Below are positions 41,660 to 56,987 of a stretch of 64,000 nucleotides of DNA, piece by piece. The number at the start of each line of letters is the position of its first letter. Position 1 is the first letter of the stretch. A model generated the notes under the pieces. It saw only the letters and a program-made list of their open reading frames with translations. It was not told the DNA's origin and made no database searches. The stretch is from the human T2T-CHM13v2.0 reference genome, Homo sapiens. The position numbers were made by a program, and so were the translations under genes. The DNA is taken from assembly GCF_009914755.1 (NCBI RefSeq), contig NC_060937.1. The stretch is one strand, 5' to 3'.

Positions 41660-43055
41660 CAGTGTGGTAAATACATAAACCAGGACCATAATTGTTGATG
41701 ATCATTCTCAAGTACTATGTACTGTACACAGCTGTCTGTGCTAGACTCTTACATGCCGGCCACGCAGCAGGTTTGTTCACACCAGCATTACTGCACCCAC
41801 GTGAGTGATGCACTGTGTGACCCCAGGATGGCTGTGATGTGACAAAGCCCAGCACACACAATTAGCTATAGCAGTCATATTTGATAATGGTAACAAACGA
41901 TCATGTCACAGGTTGGTGTATTTATTATGCTGTACTTCTCATCATTATTTTGGAGTACTGCTCTTTCTATATATGTGTAAGTCAACTGCAGAACAGCCTC
42001 AGACAGGTCCTTCAGGAGGTGTCCAGAAGAAGGCGTTGTCATAGATGACGGCTCCGTGTGTGTCACTGCCCCTGAAGACCTTCCAGTGGGACAACATGTG
42101 GGGGCGGAAGACAGTGATGTCGACGGTCCTGACCCCAGGACCCGGCCGAGGCTAATGTGTGTGTTTGTATTTTTGTTTTTAACAAAAAAAAATTTTTTTA
42201 AGTAAAAAATTAAAAATAGAAGAAAAGCATATAGAATAAAGATACAAAGAAAATATTTTTGTACAGCTGTACAATGTGTGTTTTAAGCTGAGTGTTATTA
42301 TAAGAGTCAAAAAATTAAAAGTTTATAAAAGTAAAAAAAGTCATAGTAAGCTAAGGTTAACGTATGATTGAAAGAAGAAAACTATTTTTGGTCAGTGTAG
42401 TGCACCGAAGGGTACAGCGTTTGTGAGTCACCCGTAGAGCGCAGTCATGTCCGAGGCCTTCACAGCCAGTCCCCACCCACTCCCTGACTCACCCAGAGCA
42501 ACTTCCAGTCCCGCAGCTCCATTCGTGGGAGGTGCCCTGTGTAGGTGTGCCCATTTTTATCTTTTGTACTGTATTTTCACTGTATTTTTTCTATGTTTAG
42601 ATATATTTAGACACATAAGGGCTTACCATTGTGTTGGAGTTGCCTACAGTGTTCAGTAGAGTCACACACTGTGCAGGTTTGTAGCCTAGGAGTCAGAGGC
42701 TGCACCATAGAGCTGAGGTGTGCAGCAGGTGCTACCATCTAGGTTTGAGTCAGCACGCTCTACATCAGGGGTGTTCAATCTCTTGGCTTCCTTGGGCCAC
42801 ATTGCAAGAATTGTCTTGGGTCACATGTAAAATTCACCAACACTAATGATAGCTGATGAGCTAAAAAAAAAAAATCTCATACTGTTTTAAGAAAGTTTAC
42901 GAATTTGTGTTGGGCCACATTCAAAGCCATCCTGGGCCACATGCGGCCCATGGGCCATGGGTTGGACAAGCTTGCTCCAGATGTCCACACAGTGATGAAA
43001 TTGCCTAACAACACATTTCTCAGAAATCGCCCCGCGGTTAAGCAACGCATGGCTA
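41660..43055 (+). mobile_element. Tigger3/GOLEM-family DNA transposon remnant; 5' part inverted, interrupted by MER30
   Basis: cagcctcagacaggtccttcaggaggtgtccagaagaaggc..gcccctgaagaccttccagtgggac; 3' end acatttctcagaa..gttaagcaacgcatggcta; 41660-41843 is the element's 5' part in reverse orientation. Confidence 0.8.
42766..42974 (+). mobile_element. MER30 (hAT-Charlie non-autonomous) inserted in Tigger3
   Basis: caggggtgttcaatctcttggcttccttgggccacatt...ggccacatgcggcccatgggccatgggttggacaagcttg; degenerate 8-bp TSD ctctacat/ctccagat. Confidence 0.88.
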
Positions 43056-43089
43056 TATCTTTGGATTCCCATGTCATAACTAACCTTAA

Positions 43090-43380
43090 ATAAACTGCCT
43101 AATTGGTGTATCATCAAAGAAGATCCACATGTAACTGAAAAGGCCATTAAAAGACTCCTCTTACCAACTGTGTATCTGAGAGAATGGAATTATCTTCATC
43201 CACTTCCACCAGAAAGAGATGTGAGAATCCACTGACTCCTGCTAAGCCAGGCATGAAAGAGATTGGCAAAGGCACACACACCAAGACCACTCTTCTCATT
43301 AAATTTTTTGTATTTGGAAAATATCACTTTTAATAAAAATATGCTAGGTTTACACAAAATGTATTTAATATTTTAAATTT
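43090..43380 (+). mobile_element. Charlie1-like hAT transposase 3' remnant
   Basis: aaggccattaaaagactcctc...gatgtgagaatcca...taagccaggcatgaaagagatt...ccacttcttctcattaa-like motifs of the Charlie1 C-terminal region. Confidence 0.5.
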
Positions 43381-44446
43381 CTCAGTTTTCGTAGTTATTA
43401 TTGTAAGCACATTAAGAGCGCAAAGTTGCCCAGAGACTAGGCCACTTGAGAACAGCAGCTCCACCCTCCCACATCCGTGCTGTGAAGCCACCCCACGCCA
43501 GAGGCAGGCCAGGATTCGGGCACCTCCTGCTGCACGTGTTGGAGAATTACTTCCCCTGGAAGCTGGAGAGCCTTTGGAATGAGATCCAGAAAAGCTGCCA
43601 CCATCAAGATCACCGCCTCCTCTGTGTGCCTCTTTCAACCCAGCACCGAAACACCACCATCCTGTGGGCCCAGAAGCTTTGGCCTGGCTCTCAGAAGGAT
43701 GCTCAAGCAGCTCCTTGGTGAGAACCATGGCAGGGAACGGCACCGGGGCCTCCAATGTGGTGCAGGTGAGCTGCACACAGCTGAAGGAGATAAATGATGT
43801 TTTGCACATCGGCCACAAAACCAGATTAAGGAACTTCTGGTTCCAGACAACATGAAGTAGGTCCATTTCTCTCTATTCCCCTCACTAAGAACAGCTAGAA
43901 CTGTATGTATTATACATCAAACACTCAAGAAAAAGCTGTGAAAATTCGAGAAGGCAGACGGACTAGAGACAGCAGGACCTGAGGAAACATGTAGCATTTT
44001 CTTTATCCTCACTGAGGCCTGGAGAGTCCAGCCACGCAGAAACACTAACAGACACAGACCCAACAAAAGGCCAAAGAAAAGCCAGTTCTCTCTCTAGGTC
44101 AAAGGAATGGAGCAACTTAGCAGGAAGGAAAATTTTTCAACAACAATGGCCTCCTCCAGCCAAGCACCAGAGGAGAGGTTGTGGCCCCGCCCACACTCCT
44201 GATGGGTGGATCAGCAGAGACCTGATGGAGAGTCTGACCTCCACCCCCTGCACTCAGAAGGCACCTCCCAACACCCCAGGTGTCAGGGCACCTGTGGAGG
44301 AACCCAGACTTCTATGGCTAATTGACAGTAATGAGGCAACAGCCTCCTCTCCTGATGGTGTGCTGTCAGAGGAGACCTGCTGAAGCAGAAGGTGAACATA
44401 AGAACGTGGTGTGATACTGAAGATGTTGAGATACAATTAAAAATCA

Positions 44447-45027
44447 TCATCTGGTGATTCCTCAAAGACCCAGAGCCAGAAATACCGTTTGACCCAGCAA
44501 TCTCATTACTGGGTATATACTCAAAGGAATATAAATCAGTCTATTATAAAGACATATGCATGTGTATGTTCATTGCAGCACTATTCACAATAGCAAAGAC
44601 ATGGAATCAATCCAAGTGCCCATCAATGATAGACTAGACAAAGAAAATGTGGTACATACACACCATGGAATACTGCACAGCCATAAAAAGGATGGGTTCA
44701 TGTCCTTTGCAGGAACATGGATGAAGCTGGAAGCCATTATCTTCAGCAAACTAACACAGGAACAGAAAACCAAACACCACATATTCTCACTTACAAGTGG
44801 GAGCTGAACAATGAGAGCACATGGACAGAGAGAGAGGAACAACACACACCAGGGCCTGTGGTGGGGGCAGAGGGAGGGAGAGCATCAAGAAAAATAGCTA
44901 ACACATTCTGGGCTTAATACCTAGATGATGGGTTGATAGGTGCAACAAACCACCATGGCACACATTTACCTATGTAACAAACCTGCACACCCTGCACATT
45001 GTACCCCAGAACTAAAAATAAAATAAA
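44447..45027 (+). mobile_element. 5'-truncated L1PA 3' end
   Basis: gattcctcaaagac..gaaataccgtttgacccagcaatctcattactgggtatatac...aaaccaccatggcacacatttacctatgtaacaaacctgcac...aaaataaaataaaa. Confidence 0.94.
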
Positions 45028-46009
45028 ATGAAAACCACTCATCATACTAAGAATCTGGAAAATCTCAACTTAAATGAGAAAAGACAAGCAACAGACACCA
45101 ACTCTGACGTGGCACAGATGCTGGAACTATCAAACAAGCAATTGTCACAATTACAAACCTGCTGGAAACATGTGAAAATAGAAAGCATCAGCAAAGAAAC
45201 AGAAGATACAGCAAAGAACCAAATGGAAATGTTAGAACTGAAAAGTATGATAATGCAAATAAAATAACCTGCTGGATGGGCTCAACACAAGAATGTAGAA
45301 GACAGAGGAAATAGCCAATGAACTTGAGGATGGAACAGTAGAAATTACCCAATCTGACCAGCAGAGAGAAGACAGGTTAAAAAAAAAAAAAAGAATAAAA
45401 TGCCTCCAGTATCTTGGAAGTAAAACAACAACCTAACATTCGTGTTGTTGGAACCCCAGAAGAGGAGAATGAGGACGAGGCTGGAAAAGTATCTAAAAAA
45501 ATAATGGAAGAAAATTTCCCAAATTTGGCAAAAATCATACACTTCAGAATCAAGAACCTGAGCAAAGCCAAGGCACAGCCCGTATCCCAGTCAAACTTCA
45601 GAAGCTGCAGGCAATGAAAAACTCCCAAAAGCAGCCAGAGAGAAAGGAGGCATCACTCATAGGGAAAAAAAATACAAAAGATAGCAAATTTCTCATCAGA
45701 AACCCTAGAGACTAGTCCCAATAGGGCACAAATTCTTCAAGGGCTGAAAGAAAAGAACTATCAGCCCAGAATACTATATGCAGCAAAGATTTCCTCAAGA
45801 CTTAAGGGAAAATCATGACATTCTCTGATGAAGAAAAATGGAGAAAATTTATCACAATCAGACCTGTCTTAAAACAATGGAGAGAGGAAGTTCTCTAAAC
45901 AGAAGGGAAATGATGGAAAAGGGAATCTCTAAAGGTGAGGAAGGAAGGAACAGCGACAGAAAGAAAGGAAATGCTGGTGGAGACAACAGACCTTCCTCCT
46001 CCTCCTGAG

Positions 46010-46398
<389 letters not shown>

Positions 46399-46643
46399 TG
46401 AGCAAAAATAATCATGCTGTGATTCCCAATGTATGTGTAGGAAATTGCAAAACAATGATTTTACAAAGGCAGGAGGTGATAATGAACTTACAGAAATGTA
46501 AGATTTCTGCAGTTCACTCAAACTGATAAAATGTCAACACTAAAATAAAATAAAATAAAAAGTTTTAAATTAAAAAAAATAATCCAAAGACTAGACAATT
46601 TTAGAAGAGAAAACCCACTAAGGATAAGCGCAGTCCCTGAAAT

Positions 46644-46772
46644 GAAGAATGTGTGATGGGCATCACCGGTGGGGGCTGGGGGCATGTGCCAGGGCAGTGC
46701 TCAGTCCCTGGAGCGAAGAATGGGTGATGAGCATCACCAGTGGGGGCTGGGGGAGTGTGCCAGGGCAGTGCT
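46644..46772. repeat. Two-copy direct repeat (period 71 bp)
   Basis: gaagaatgtgtgatgggcatcaccggtgggggctggggg..gtgccagggcagtgct versus gaagaatgggtgatgagcatcaccagtgggggctggggg..gtgccagggcagtgct. Confidence 0.85.
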
Positions 46773-47481
46773 GGTGGCATCTGTCTGCCACCATGGAGAC
46801 TCATCAAGGAAAACGGTGCTGTCTCCAATTTATGGGTCAAGACAGATCTGGTGACTTGCAAAGTCCAGCATCCAAAAGCCAGGAAGTGACTGAATGAGAA
46901 TTCAAACCCGAAACCCACCTTATCTTCTCCCAGTGCTGTGTGGCTCCATGGCACCTGTCTGTGTCCAGCATCCCCTCTTATTCATGGGGACTCACTGCAA
47001 GACCCCAGTGGATGCCTGAAGACGAAGCTCCTTCGGAACCCCGTGCAGGCACACCTCATTTTATTGTACCTCACTTTATTGTGCTTTCCAGATACTGTGG
47101 GGTTTTGTTTATTTGTTTTTTACAGATTGAAGATTTGTGACAACCTTGCGGTGAACAAGACTGACAACACGATTTTTCCAGCAGCAGGTGCTCACTTCAT
47201 GACCCTGTGGCACATTTTTGTATTTTCACAATATTTTAAAGTTTTCATCATTATTCCATCTGTTATGGTAGTCTGTGATCAGTGACCTTTGATGTTACTA
47301 TTGTAATTGTTTTAAGGTGCCACAAACAGTGCCCATATAAGACAGTGAACTTCACGGAGAAACATTGTATGTTCTGACTATTCCATCAACCAATCGTCTC
47401 CCCACCTCCCTCCTTCTCTTCAGTCCTCTCTATTCCCTGAGACACAACAATATTGAAATTAGGCCAGTTAAGAACCTTACA

Positions 47482-49579
<2,098 letters not shown>

Positions 49580-49949
49580 AGGTCCGGATGATTGTTAGCA
49601 TTTTTTAGCAGTAAAGTATTTTTCAATTAAGGATTGCACATTGTTTTTAGACAGAATGCTACTGCACACTTAATAGGCTACAGTACAGTGTAAACTTTAT
49701 ATGCACCAGGAAACCAAAAAGTTTGTGTGAGTCACTTTATTGCAATATTCTCTTTATTGCAGTGGTCTAGAACTGAACCTGCAATATCTCTGAGGTATGC
49801 CTGTATGTACTGTTTTTTCCTATACCTGTATACTCACGATAAAGTTTAATGTATACATTAGGCACGGTAAGAGATTAACAACAATGGCTAATAACAAACT
49901 AGAACAGTTATAGCAATCTACTGCAATAAAAGTTATGTGAATGTGCATG

Positions 49950-50876
49950 TTCTCTCTCTCTCCCCCCCCCTCTCCCCCTCTCCTTCTCTCTCTCCCTCTC
50001 CCTCTCTCTCTCTCCCCCTCTCTCTCCCCCTCTCTCTCCCCCTCTCTCTCCCCCTCTCTCTGTCCCTCTCTTTCCCTCTCTCTCTCTCCCTCTCTCTTTC
50101 CCTCTCTCTCCCTCCCTCTCTCTCCTTCTCTCTCTCTCCCTCTCTCTTTCCCTCTCTCTCCCTCTCTCCCTCTCTCTCCCTCCCTCTCTCTCCTTCTCTC
50201 TCTCTCCCCCCTTCCTCTCTCTCCCCTCTCTCTCTCCCCGACTCTCTCCCTCACTCTTCCCCTCTCTCTCTCCCCCTCTATCTCTCTCTCCCCCCTCTCC
50301 CTCTCCCTCTCTCTCTCCCTCTCTCTCTCCCCCTCTCTCTCCCTCTCTCTGTCCCTCTTTCCCTCTCTCTCTCTCCCTGACTCTCTCCCTCACTCTTCCC
50401 CTCTCTCTCTCTCCCCCTCTCTCTCTCTCTCCCCCCTCTTTCTCCCTCTCTCTCTCCCTCTCTCCCTCTCTCTCTCTCCCTCTCTCTCCCTCTGTCTCTC
50501 TCCCTCTCTCCCTCTCCCTCTCTCTCCCTCTCTCTCCATCTCTCTCCCTCCGTCTCTCTCCCTCTCTCTCCCTCCCTCTCCCTCCCTCTCTCTCCCTCTC
50601 TATCTCTCTCCCTCTGTCTCTCTCCCTCTCTCCCAGTCTCTCTCTCTCCCTCTTTCTCTCTGCCTCTGTCTCTCCCTCCCTCTCCCTCCCTCTCCCTCCC
50701 TCTCTCTCCCTCTCTCTCCCTCTGCCTGTCTCTCCCTCCCTCTCTCTCCCTCTCTCCCTCTCTCTCTCCCTCCCTCTTTCTCTCTCTCCCTCTCTCTCTC
50801 TCTCCCTCTCTCCCTCTCTCTCTCTCTCTTTCCCTCTCCCTCTCCCCCCGCCTCTCTCTCTCTCTCTTTCTCCCCC
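49950..50876. repeat. ~0.93-kb CT-rich polypyrimidine/polypurine tract
   Basis: Almost pure C/T (ctctctccc variants); source of the Arg/Glu/Gly- and Ser/Leu/Pro-rich ORFs. Confidence 0.97.
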
Positions 50877-51554
50877 TGATACCTTATTGCACTATAGTAA
50901 CCGGTTTTCAGACCACACTTGGCCTTGGGTAAATGAAACACAGAAAGCAAAACCGCAGATGGGAAGGACTGTGGCTTAAGTGTAAGAAACTCTCAAAGCC
51001 TATGTATGTTTTCTTGTACCAAAATCTGAGAACGGTTTCATGATTGTTAAAGAACCATAGTGATTAGAAGGAAAATAACTGGGAAATCAACTGATTTCTG
51101 TCTATTTTGTAATTTCTAGGACAACGGTGCTCAGGGTGCTGCTCATTCGGGATTCGCCGAAACCCCTGCTCCTCAGAGCCCAGCCCAGAGCCTGGACCCG
51201 GCTCTCAGGCCCCCCAGTCAGCCTGTGTGAAGTCTAATGTCACAGCTGTGTCCTGTGTGCGGCCAGGGGCGGCCGGGATTGAGAATGCTGCTCCAGGGTG
51301 ATGCCAGATCTTCACCTGAATTCAAAACCCATTTGAAATGTCGCTGTGAAAACCAAAAGAAAAGCAAGGGACAGAGCCCCACGGCGCCGCGCTGGCCCCT
51401 GCCACAGACCCAGCCCTGTCCTCATCAATTCTCGCTACCACGAAAGTGTCCTGACCTCATGAGGTCTCACTTTCCTCGCTGCAAAATGGGAACAGTCTCA
51501 CCCTTTCCTGGTGTGATCAGGATTAAACTAGAGGAGGGGGTTGGGCAGTGGTCC

Positions 51555-51935
51555 TAAGCCCCAGACCCTAAGAAGGAGACCGTGTCTGGTGAAGGCTTCT
51601 CTGCAGATGTAGCTAAGGACCTGGAAAGGAGATTGTCCTAGATTAGGGCGGGCCCCGCATCCAACGCCAGGTGTCCTTCTAAGAGACACGGGAAGTGAAA
51701 GCACAGCACAGTGTGGCCGCGAGAAAAACGAGGCAGAGACCAGCGCGATGCAGAGCAAGCCAAGGAGCTCCCGCGCCACAGGAGGCTGGAAGGGGCAGGA
51801 AGGACCCTCCCTGGCCCCCCGGAGGGAGTGGGGCCCTGAGACGCCTGGATTTCTGACTTCTGACCCCAGAACTTTGAGAGAAGGAATTTCAGTTTTAAGC
51901 CAAGCACCGGGGCAATCTCCAACAGCAGCCACGGG
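51555..51935 (+). mobile_element. MLT1-type MaLR solo LTR, CpG-rich
   Basis: ctgcagatgtagctaag..gattagggcgggccc..ggtgtccttctaagaga..aagccaagga..ggaaggggcaggaagga..gatttctgacttctgaccccagaactttgagagaa..ttttaagcca..acagcagccacggg. Confidence 0.8.
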
Positions 51936-53100
51936 CGGCTCCAGGCACTGGCTCATGTCTGGGGGGGTCTCTGCGTAAGCGGCCGTGGATGCCTAGTAGC
52001 CACGCTTTCAGAGACTTATTCCGAAGCCCCCCCTCCACCTGCCCTCGGCGTGAGAAGCAGCCTTCGAGCCTAGGTTGGGACTAATGAAAACGCAGATTAA
52101 ACAGCGTCCTCCCTCCGGGCGGGCCTGAAGACCACCTTCCCTTCCAGGCGGGCAGCGATGCCCGAGAGCCCAAGGTCCCGGGACCTGGTGCAGGAAGAGC
52201 CGCCTGCGCGGGGGAGACGCGGGGATCACCGGCCACACCCCGGACGCTCAGTCGGGGCCTTACTCGGGGGGGCGGCAGCCCCAGCCTCCCGGGAATCCAG
52301 GGACGTCGCGGCGTGGCCCGGGTCTGCCCCCAAGACGCTGCGTCCTAGGCCCTGCCCAGGGCGGATGGGGTCCGCGTGAGTGAGGCGAGTCCACGGGGCA
52401 GGCCGGGGTCTGCGGGGGAGGAAGCCGACAGCAGCGCCCCTGGGCCCGCGGGGCCAGGCCGGGGAGGGACGGGGAGGGGACCCGAGCCCACCGCGCGCCC
52501 TCCGGGGACTCCCCACGCACAGGGCAGGTGCTAGCCAGGCGCCCACGGGAGACGCCCCTTCTGCCGCCCGGAAAGTGGGAATAAAACAAGACAGGACAAA
52601 CGCTTCACGTGCAGCTTTGGGAGTGGAAAGGAATCATTCATTTTCCCTCTTCTTAACAGAGGGTGTTTCCAAGTAAGGATGCATCACTTCAAAAGCTTGT
52701 GTTACTTTCGTAATTAAAAATACATCTGGTAAAAGAATTTGAGTACCTTTCTATCTAACCGGTCCGGGGAACGGGATGAAGTCGACCTTATATCCCAGTG
52801 GTCTCCGAGCCAGCCCTGGGCAGGCGCCTCTGCAGCCAAACCCATGCTCATCTCAGGATCCTTCTGCAGGATGAAGGACCGAACACAGGGCCTCGTCTCC
52901 AAAGGTGCTCAGTAAATGGTGGCTGCCGCATGCTGGCCGCCCCCCAAACAGCCCCAGCGCGGCGTGTCCTCGCCGTCACCCTCCTCTCTGTCCAGGGCTC
53001 GGGGGAGCTTATTAATAAATAGCTGTCCCCTAGGGGTGCATACGGCCAGGGCTGCGGCCCTTCAGCGCCTCCGCCAGTTTCTCAGATGGCACAGCCCACG
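51640..53100. promoter_or_regulatory. Second CpG island (core ~52,100-52,600)
   Basis: Very GC/CpG-rich core with GC boxes (gggcgg) and G-runs (ggggagggacggggagggg). Confidence 0.8.
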
Positions 53101-54191
53101 CCCATGCTTCTCTCTGTGGAGACCACGTCCCTGTCCTGAAAGCAGGGGGAGTTCGCACATGGGCTGGCGAAGGAATCACCTCCTCACCCCATGCCAGACC
53201 ATCGTTTTCATCCTTCGTTTGTGCACGTTTTTCTAGGGATTTCTCTCGTTGACAATTCAGAGACAATGTGACCTCCATGGCCATGGAGGCCCCTGCGAAG
53301 CATGCCTTTCCTTTGTCTAACTCTTAGTGCTCAGACTTCCAAAATACGGGCTAGAACAAGCGCGCACACTCATCTCTCTGCTTCTAGTGACGAGATCCCT
53401 GCATCAGGGCTCAGTGAGGCTCAGACAGTTCTTCTCTGCCTTTTCCCTCTGCTATCCCAAAAACGCCAATGTGCAGACGAGACAGCATTTCTTAGCCTCA
53501 CGTTAGAAAAAGCACAAGATGACGCTCCCTGCGTGTACCTAGGATTCTGACATAAGCAAAAATCTTACTGAATTAACTCTCCAGGGATGAGTTGGTAATC
53601 CCGTAATCTGAAGAACAATCAGACTCTGCCACTACTGGCTGCGAACCAAGAGAAAATGTTGTACGGGCAAGCTGCTCTGGAGGGTCGTCCTCACATTACG
53701 GAGTCCAAAAGATGGTAAACAGATTTGGGAAAGTACCAGCGATGTGTCTCGTTACCAGCTCTGAAAGGGACTCGACCCTGGGTAATCAGCCAGGAAGTAA
53801 ACCAGAAGGGAAATAGCTGTTACCACGGTGAGGTCTCAGCTCCTGCCTCTTCCTTGTCTGTCGCTCTGAAGAACGCGGCAAAATTGGCCTAGTAGCCCCT
53901 CTGCCTTCTGAATCAATGGTGCAAGAAAAAAAATGTTTAAATTCCTCTAACTTCTGAGCAAAAAGACTTATGTAAAAAGTCTTTTCTGTTGTTCACGACG
54001 CGTGCCCCTCACCTCCCCTGACAGGCTGTCAACATGTGAGCTTTGCCTTTACTGTGAGGAGATTTGAACCCCCAGCCCTGAGAGGAGATTTGAACCCCTA
54101 GCCTGAGTCCGCGGGTTCCACTTGTTTCCAGGAGATGGTTGCAATGACATCATAAACAGTATCCTGTGAGTTGGTCGTCTAGACTTCTGGG

Positions 54192-54385
54192 TTTTTTTTT
54201 TAATTATGGTAAAAAACGCATATATTAAAATTTACCATTTTAACCATTTTTCAGGGTCCAGTGCCACGGTGTCAAGTACATGCACACTGTCGTGTAAGAT
54301 CTCTAGAACTCTTTCATTTCCCAAAATTGAAACTCTGCACCCCGTAAAGGACATCTCCTCACTTCCCCCGCCCCCCACCACCCTG
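54192..54385 (-). mobile_element. L1MB-like 3' end fragment, antisense
   Basis: ttttaattatggtaaaa..aaaatttaccattttaaccattttt..agtacatgcacact..tctagaactctttcat..gaaactctgcaccc. Confidence 0.8.
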
Positions 54386-56987
54386 CCCTCCGCAGCCTCT
54401 GGCTTCAGTTGTTGTTGTTGTTAACTATCAGTAAGGATCTAATTAAGGAATGCAGAAAGAAAATTCTGACCCAAGGAATTGGGGGCTGTGAAAATGAACA
54501 GAGGTCCCTCATCTGGAGGGAATGTACATAGGCCACATCAGGCCTGCCCGGGGTCTCTGTGGTGAAATTAGTAGCAAATTCTACAAAGACACTGAAATCA
54601 CGGCCCCTGTGCTGGAAGCAGGTGCATCTGCCTTTGACTAGAAAGCCTCTTCCCAGTGAGTTCTTCTTTCATGACTACTGCTGCTGGCCTCCCGTACAAA
54701 AGTTCATGTCCTCATTCAATCAGGTTGCTGTCTCCCCAGCAAGTTTAGGACTTGCTAGAACTATTTGCTTCTGTGTGTGGGATCAATCCCATGTCACTCA
54801 TAGGCTAGACTTTTAAGTTTTGACATTTGGATAATGCAGCTACACAAACCTCTGTTCCCTGCCTGGGACCCCCAAGGCTGCAGTCGAGGGGCAGGAGTTC
54901 AGAGCACGGTTCAGAGTCAATGCCTATCAGGTACACTAAGGGTCCCACACGCTCTGTAGCTAACACTGTGATGTTTCTAGAATATCAGCTTCAGAGATAC
55001 ACAATACAGTTTTGTATTCTTTTCACATGCTGAGAACTAAACAACCATATTCATTATGTAGTTCTCCTATCAAGCAGTGGCTACTTTTCATCAAGAAATT
55101 CACAAGGTGATCAAACATTTGGGCAAGGTCACTCCTCAAGGGAGAAGGAGAGGAGCCCAGGAGAGCTGTGCTCTGGGCGGGCGCCCGGCACTAAGCTTAG
55201 ATGGAAGGTGTTCAGCAGAGGGCTGGGCATGCAGCTGCGAGGTGGGCCGGGCAAAGCCCCACACACTGAAGCTTAGAAACTCGACTGCACCAGGCCTTTC
55301 TCATGTCCCTGTGCTGTGATGTGTCTGATGAGGGCAATGAGGGCAGCATTTACCTGAGCCCGTGAACACCTCCTCCACCAGACATTGGTGTGGTGGTGTC
55401 AGGCCATTCAGGCAGGGCTACGAGTTGCCTCCACCGGATGCCCCTGAGGCTCTCCAGATCACATCTGCCAGCTCCCCAGAGAGAGGACGCCGGCAAGGCA
55501 GGTTCAGAGCAGTTGCCAAGCCTCGAACAGCCTCTGCTGGACCGTTGCCGCTCCAGGGAGGCTTCAAGCAACGCCCTCCCCTGGCCGAGCCGCCCTCTCA
55601 TCAGTCATCAGGAGCCGTGGGGAAATCACTCTGAGCCCCGAGGCGGGAGCTGCCGGCAATTGCCTGTGATTGATAGCACTAAATATGAAACCGCATGTAC
55701 CTCATCCATGCAGCATGGAATCAGAGGCATATTGTTAGTGGGGGAGATGAATAGAACTTGAGATAACCTCGGCAAATTAGGCATATGTTAGCGTTAAGCT
55801 TTGTCAGTAAGCAGGCTATAAATTACAGACAGATTGTAACTCCATAAACTCTCCTAATGAATTGGATGACAGTGGTAATTCAATGCGAACACAGCAGCTT
55901 AACCCTTTTAAGAAGTCAGCCCCAGGCCTCCAGGATGCACCCAGCCAAAAGGCCCTGTCAAAGTCTGTCTTTAATATCTCCCTTGAGAGCATCTGCGGCA
56001 AGATAAAATAACTTCTTAACATTTTCTGCATATCAAAAACAAAAGTTCGAGACCCTATAGACAATTACATTATTTCATAGTTCATTCCTTTTTGAGTTTT
56101 TCTCCCCAGCACATAATTTTTATTATAGTTCTTTTTTCCTTAAAACGATCACACTAAATGCTAGGAAGGCAGAAGCCCTAGCGTGCCCTGCAAATCTGGG
56201 CGATTACCGAGCACATCGGGGGGTATCCTGCACTCTCAGGCTAAAGGCTCAGAGACTTTCACCAGAAGGAGAGGCGGTCTTTCCATACAAATGCACTACC
56301 TGCAGTGTCTTGTTGCAATAATGAAGTGGAATTTATAAATAAAAATAAGGTGCCGAGACAGACCCTGTGCGATTTGCGGCCATTACTGACAGAGGAACGA
56401 CGTCAGTGACAGCTAAACTGAGGCTGTGAAGCTGTTTCATAATTTGCTGTATATTTTAGTAAAAGTTGCATGTAGAAATAACTGACAAATCAATGTTGAT
56501 CAAAAGAAAACCTTAAATTCAAATGGGAAAATTAAAGGTAATATGTCATTATTTAAAATGTGTTGACATAGTAAAAAGCATTCTTTAGTTCCTATTCAAA
56601 AGGAAGTAACACAAAATAGCACCAATGGGTATAATTATTGTATATCAGGTACAGCTACTGGTACTCATGTTACAAAACTAAGAATTTTAAAAATAAATTA
56701 CCCTTATCTAGGTGTATTTTCTCTTCTACAGAACACAATCCTCTTTTACTACAGATGTTAAAGGAAACATGTTCTTTACTTCTTTTACCATGGGTGTTAA
56801 CAGTAGCCATCTCTTTCTTCATAGACCCACAGCACGTAATTCCAGCCAGACATTCAACCCCTGCGGATTTTATGTGAGCGGATCCACAGTATCATTTTCT
56901 ATGGCTCTAGTAGAAGGTGTCTGTTCACAGAGCATTTCTACAGAGCCCAAGGGTCATATTTACAGTAGCGGGGAAATGAATAACAAC

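Noticed and set aside
49820-50950. 312-aa Ser/Leu/Pro and Arg/Glu/Gly ORFs
   Set aside because: Translation of the CT tract.
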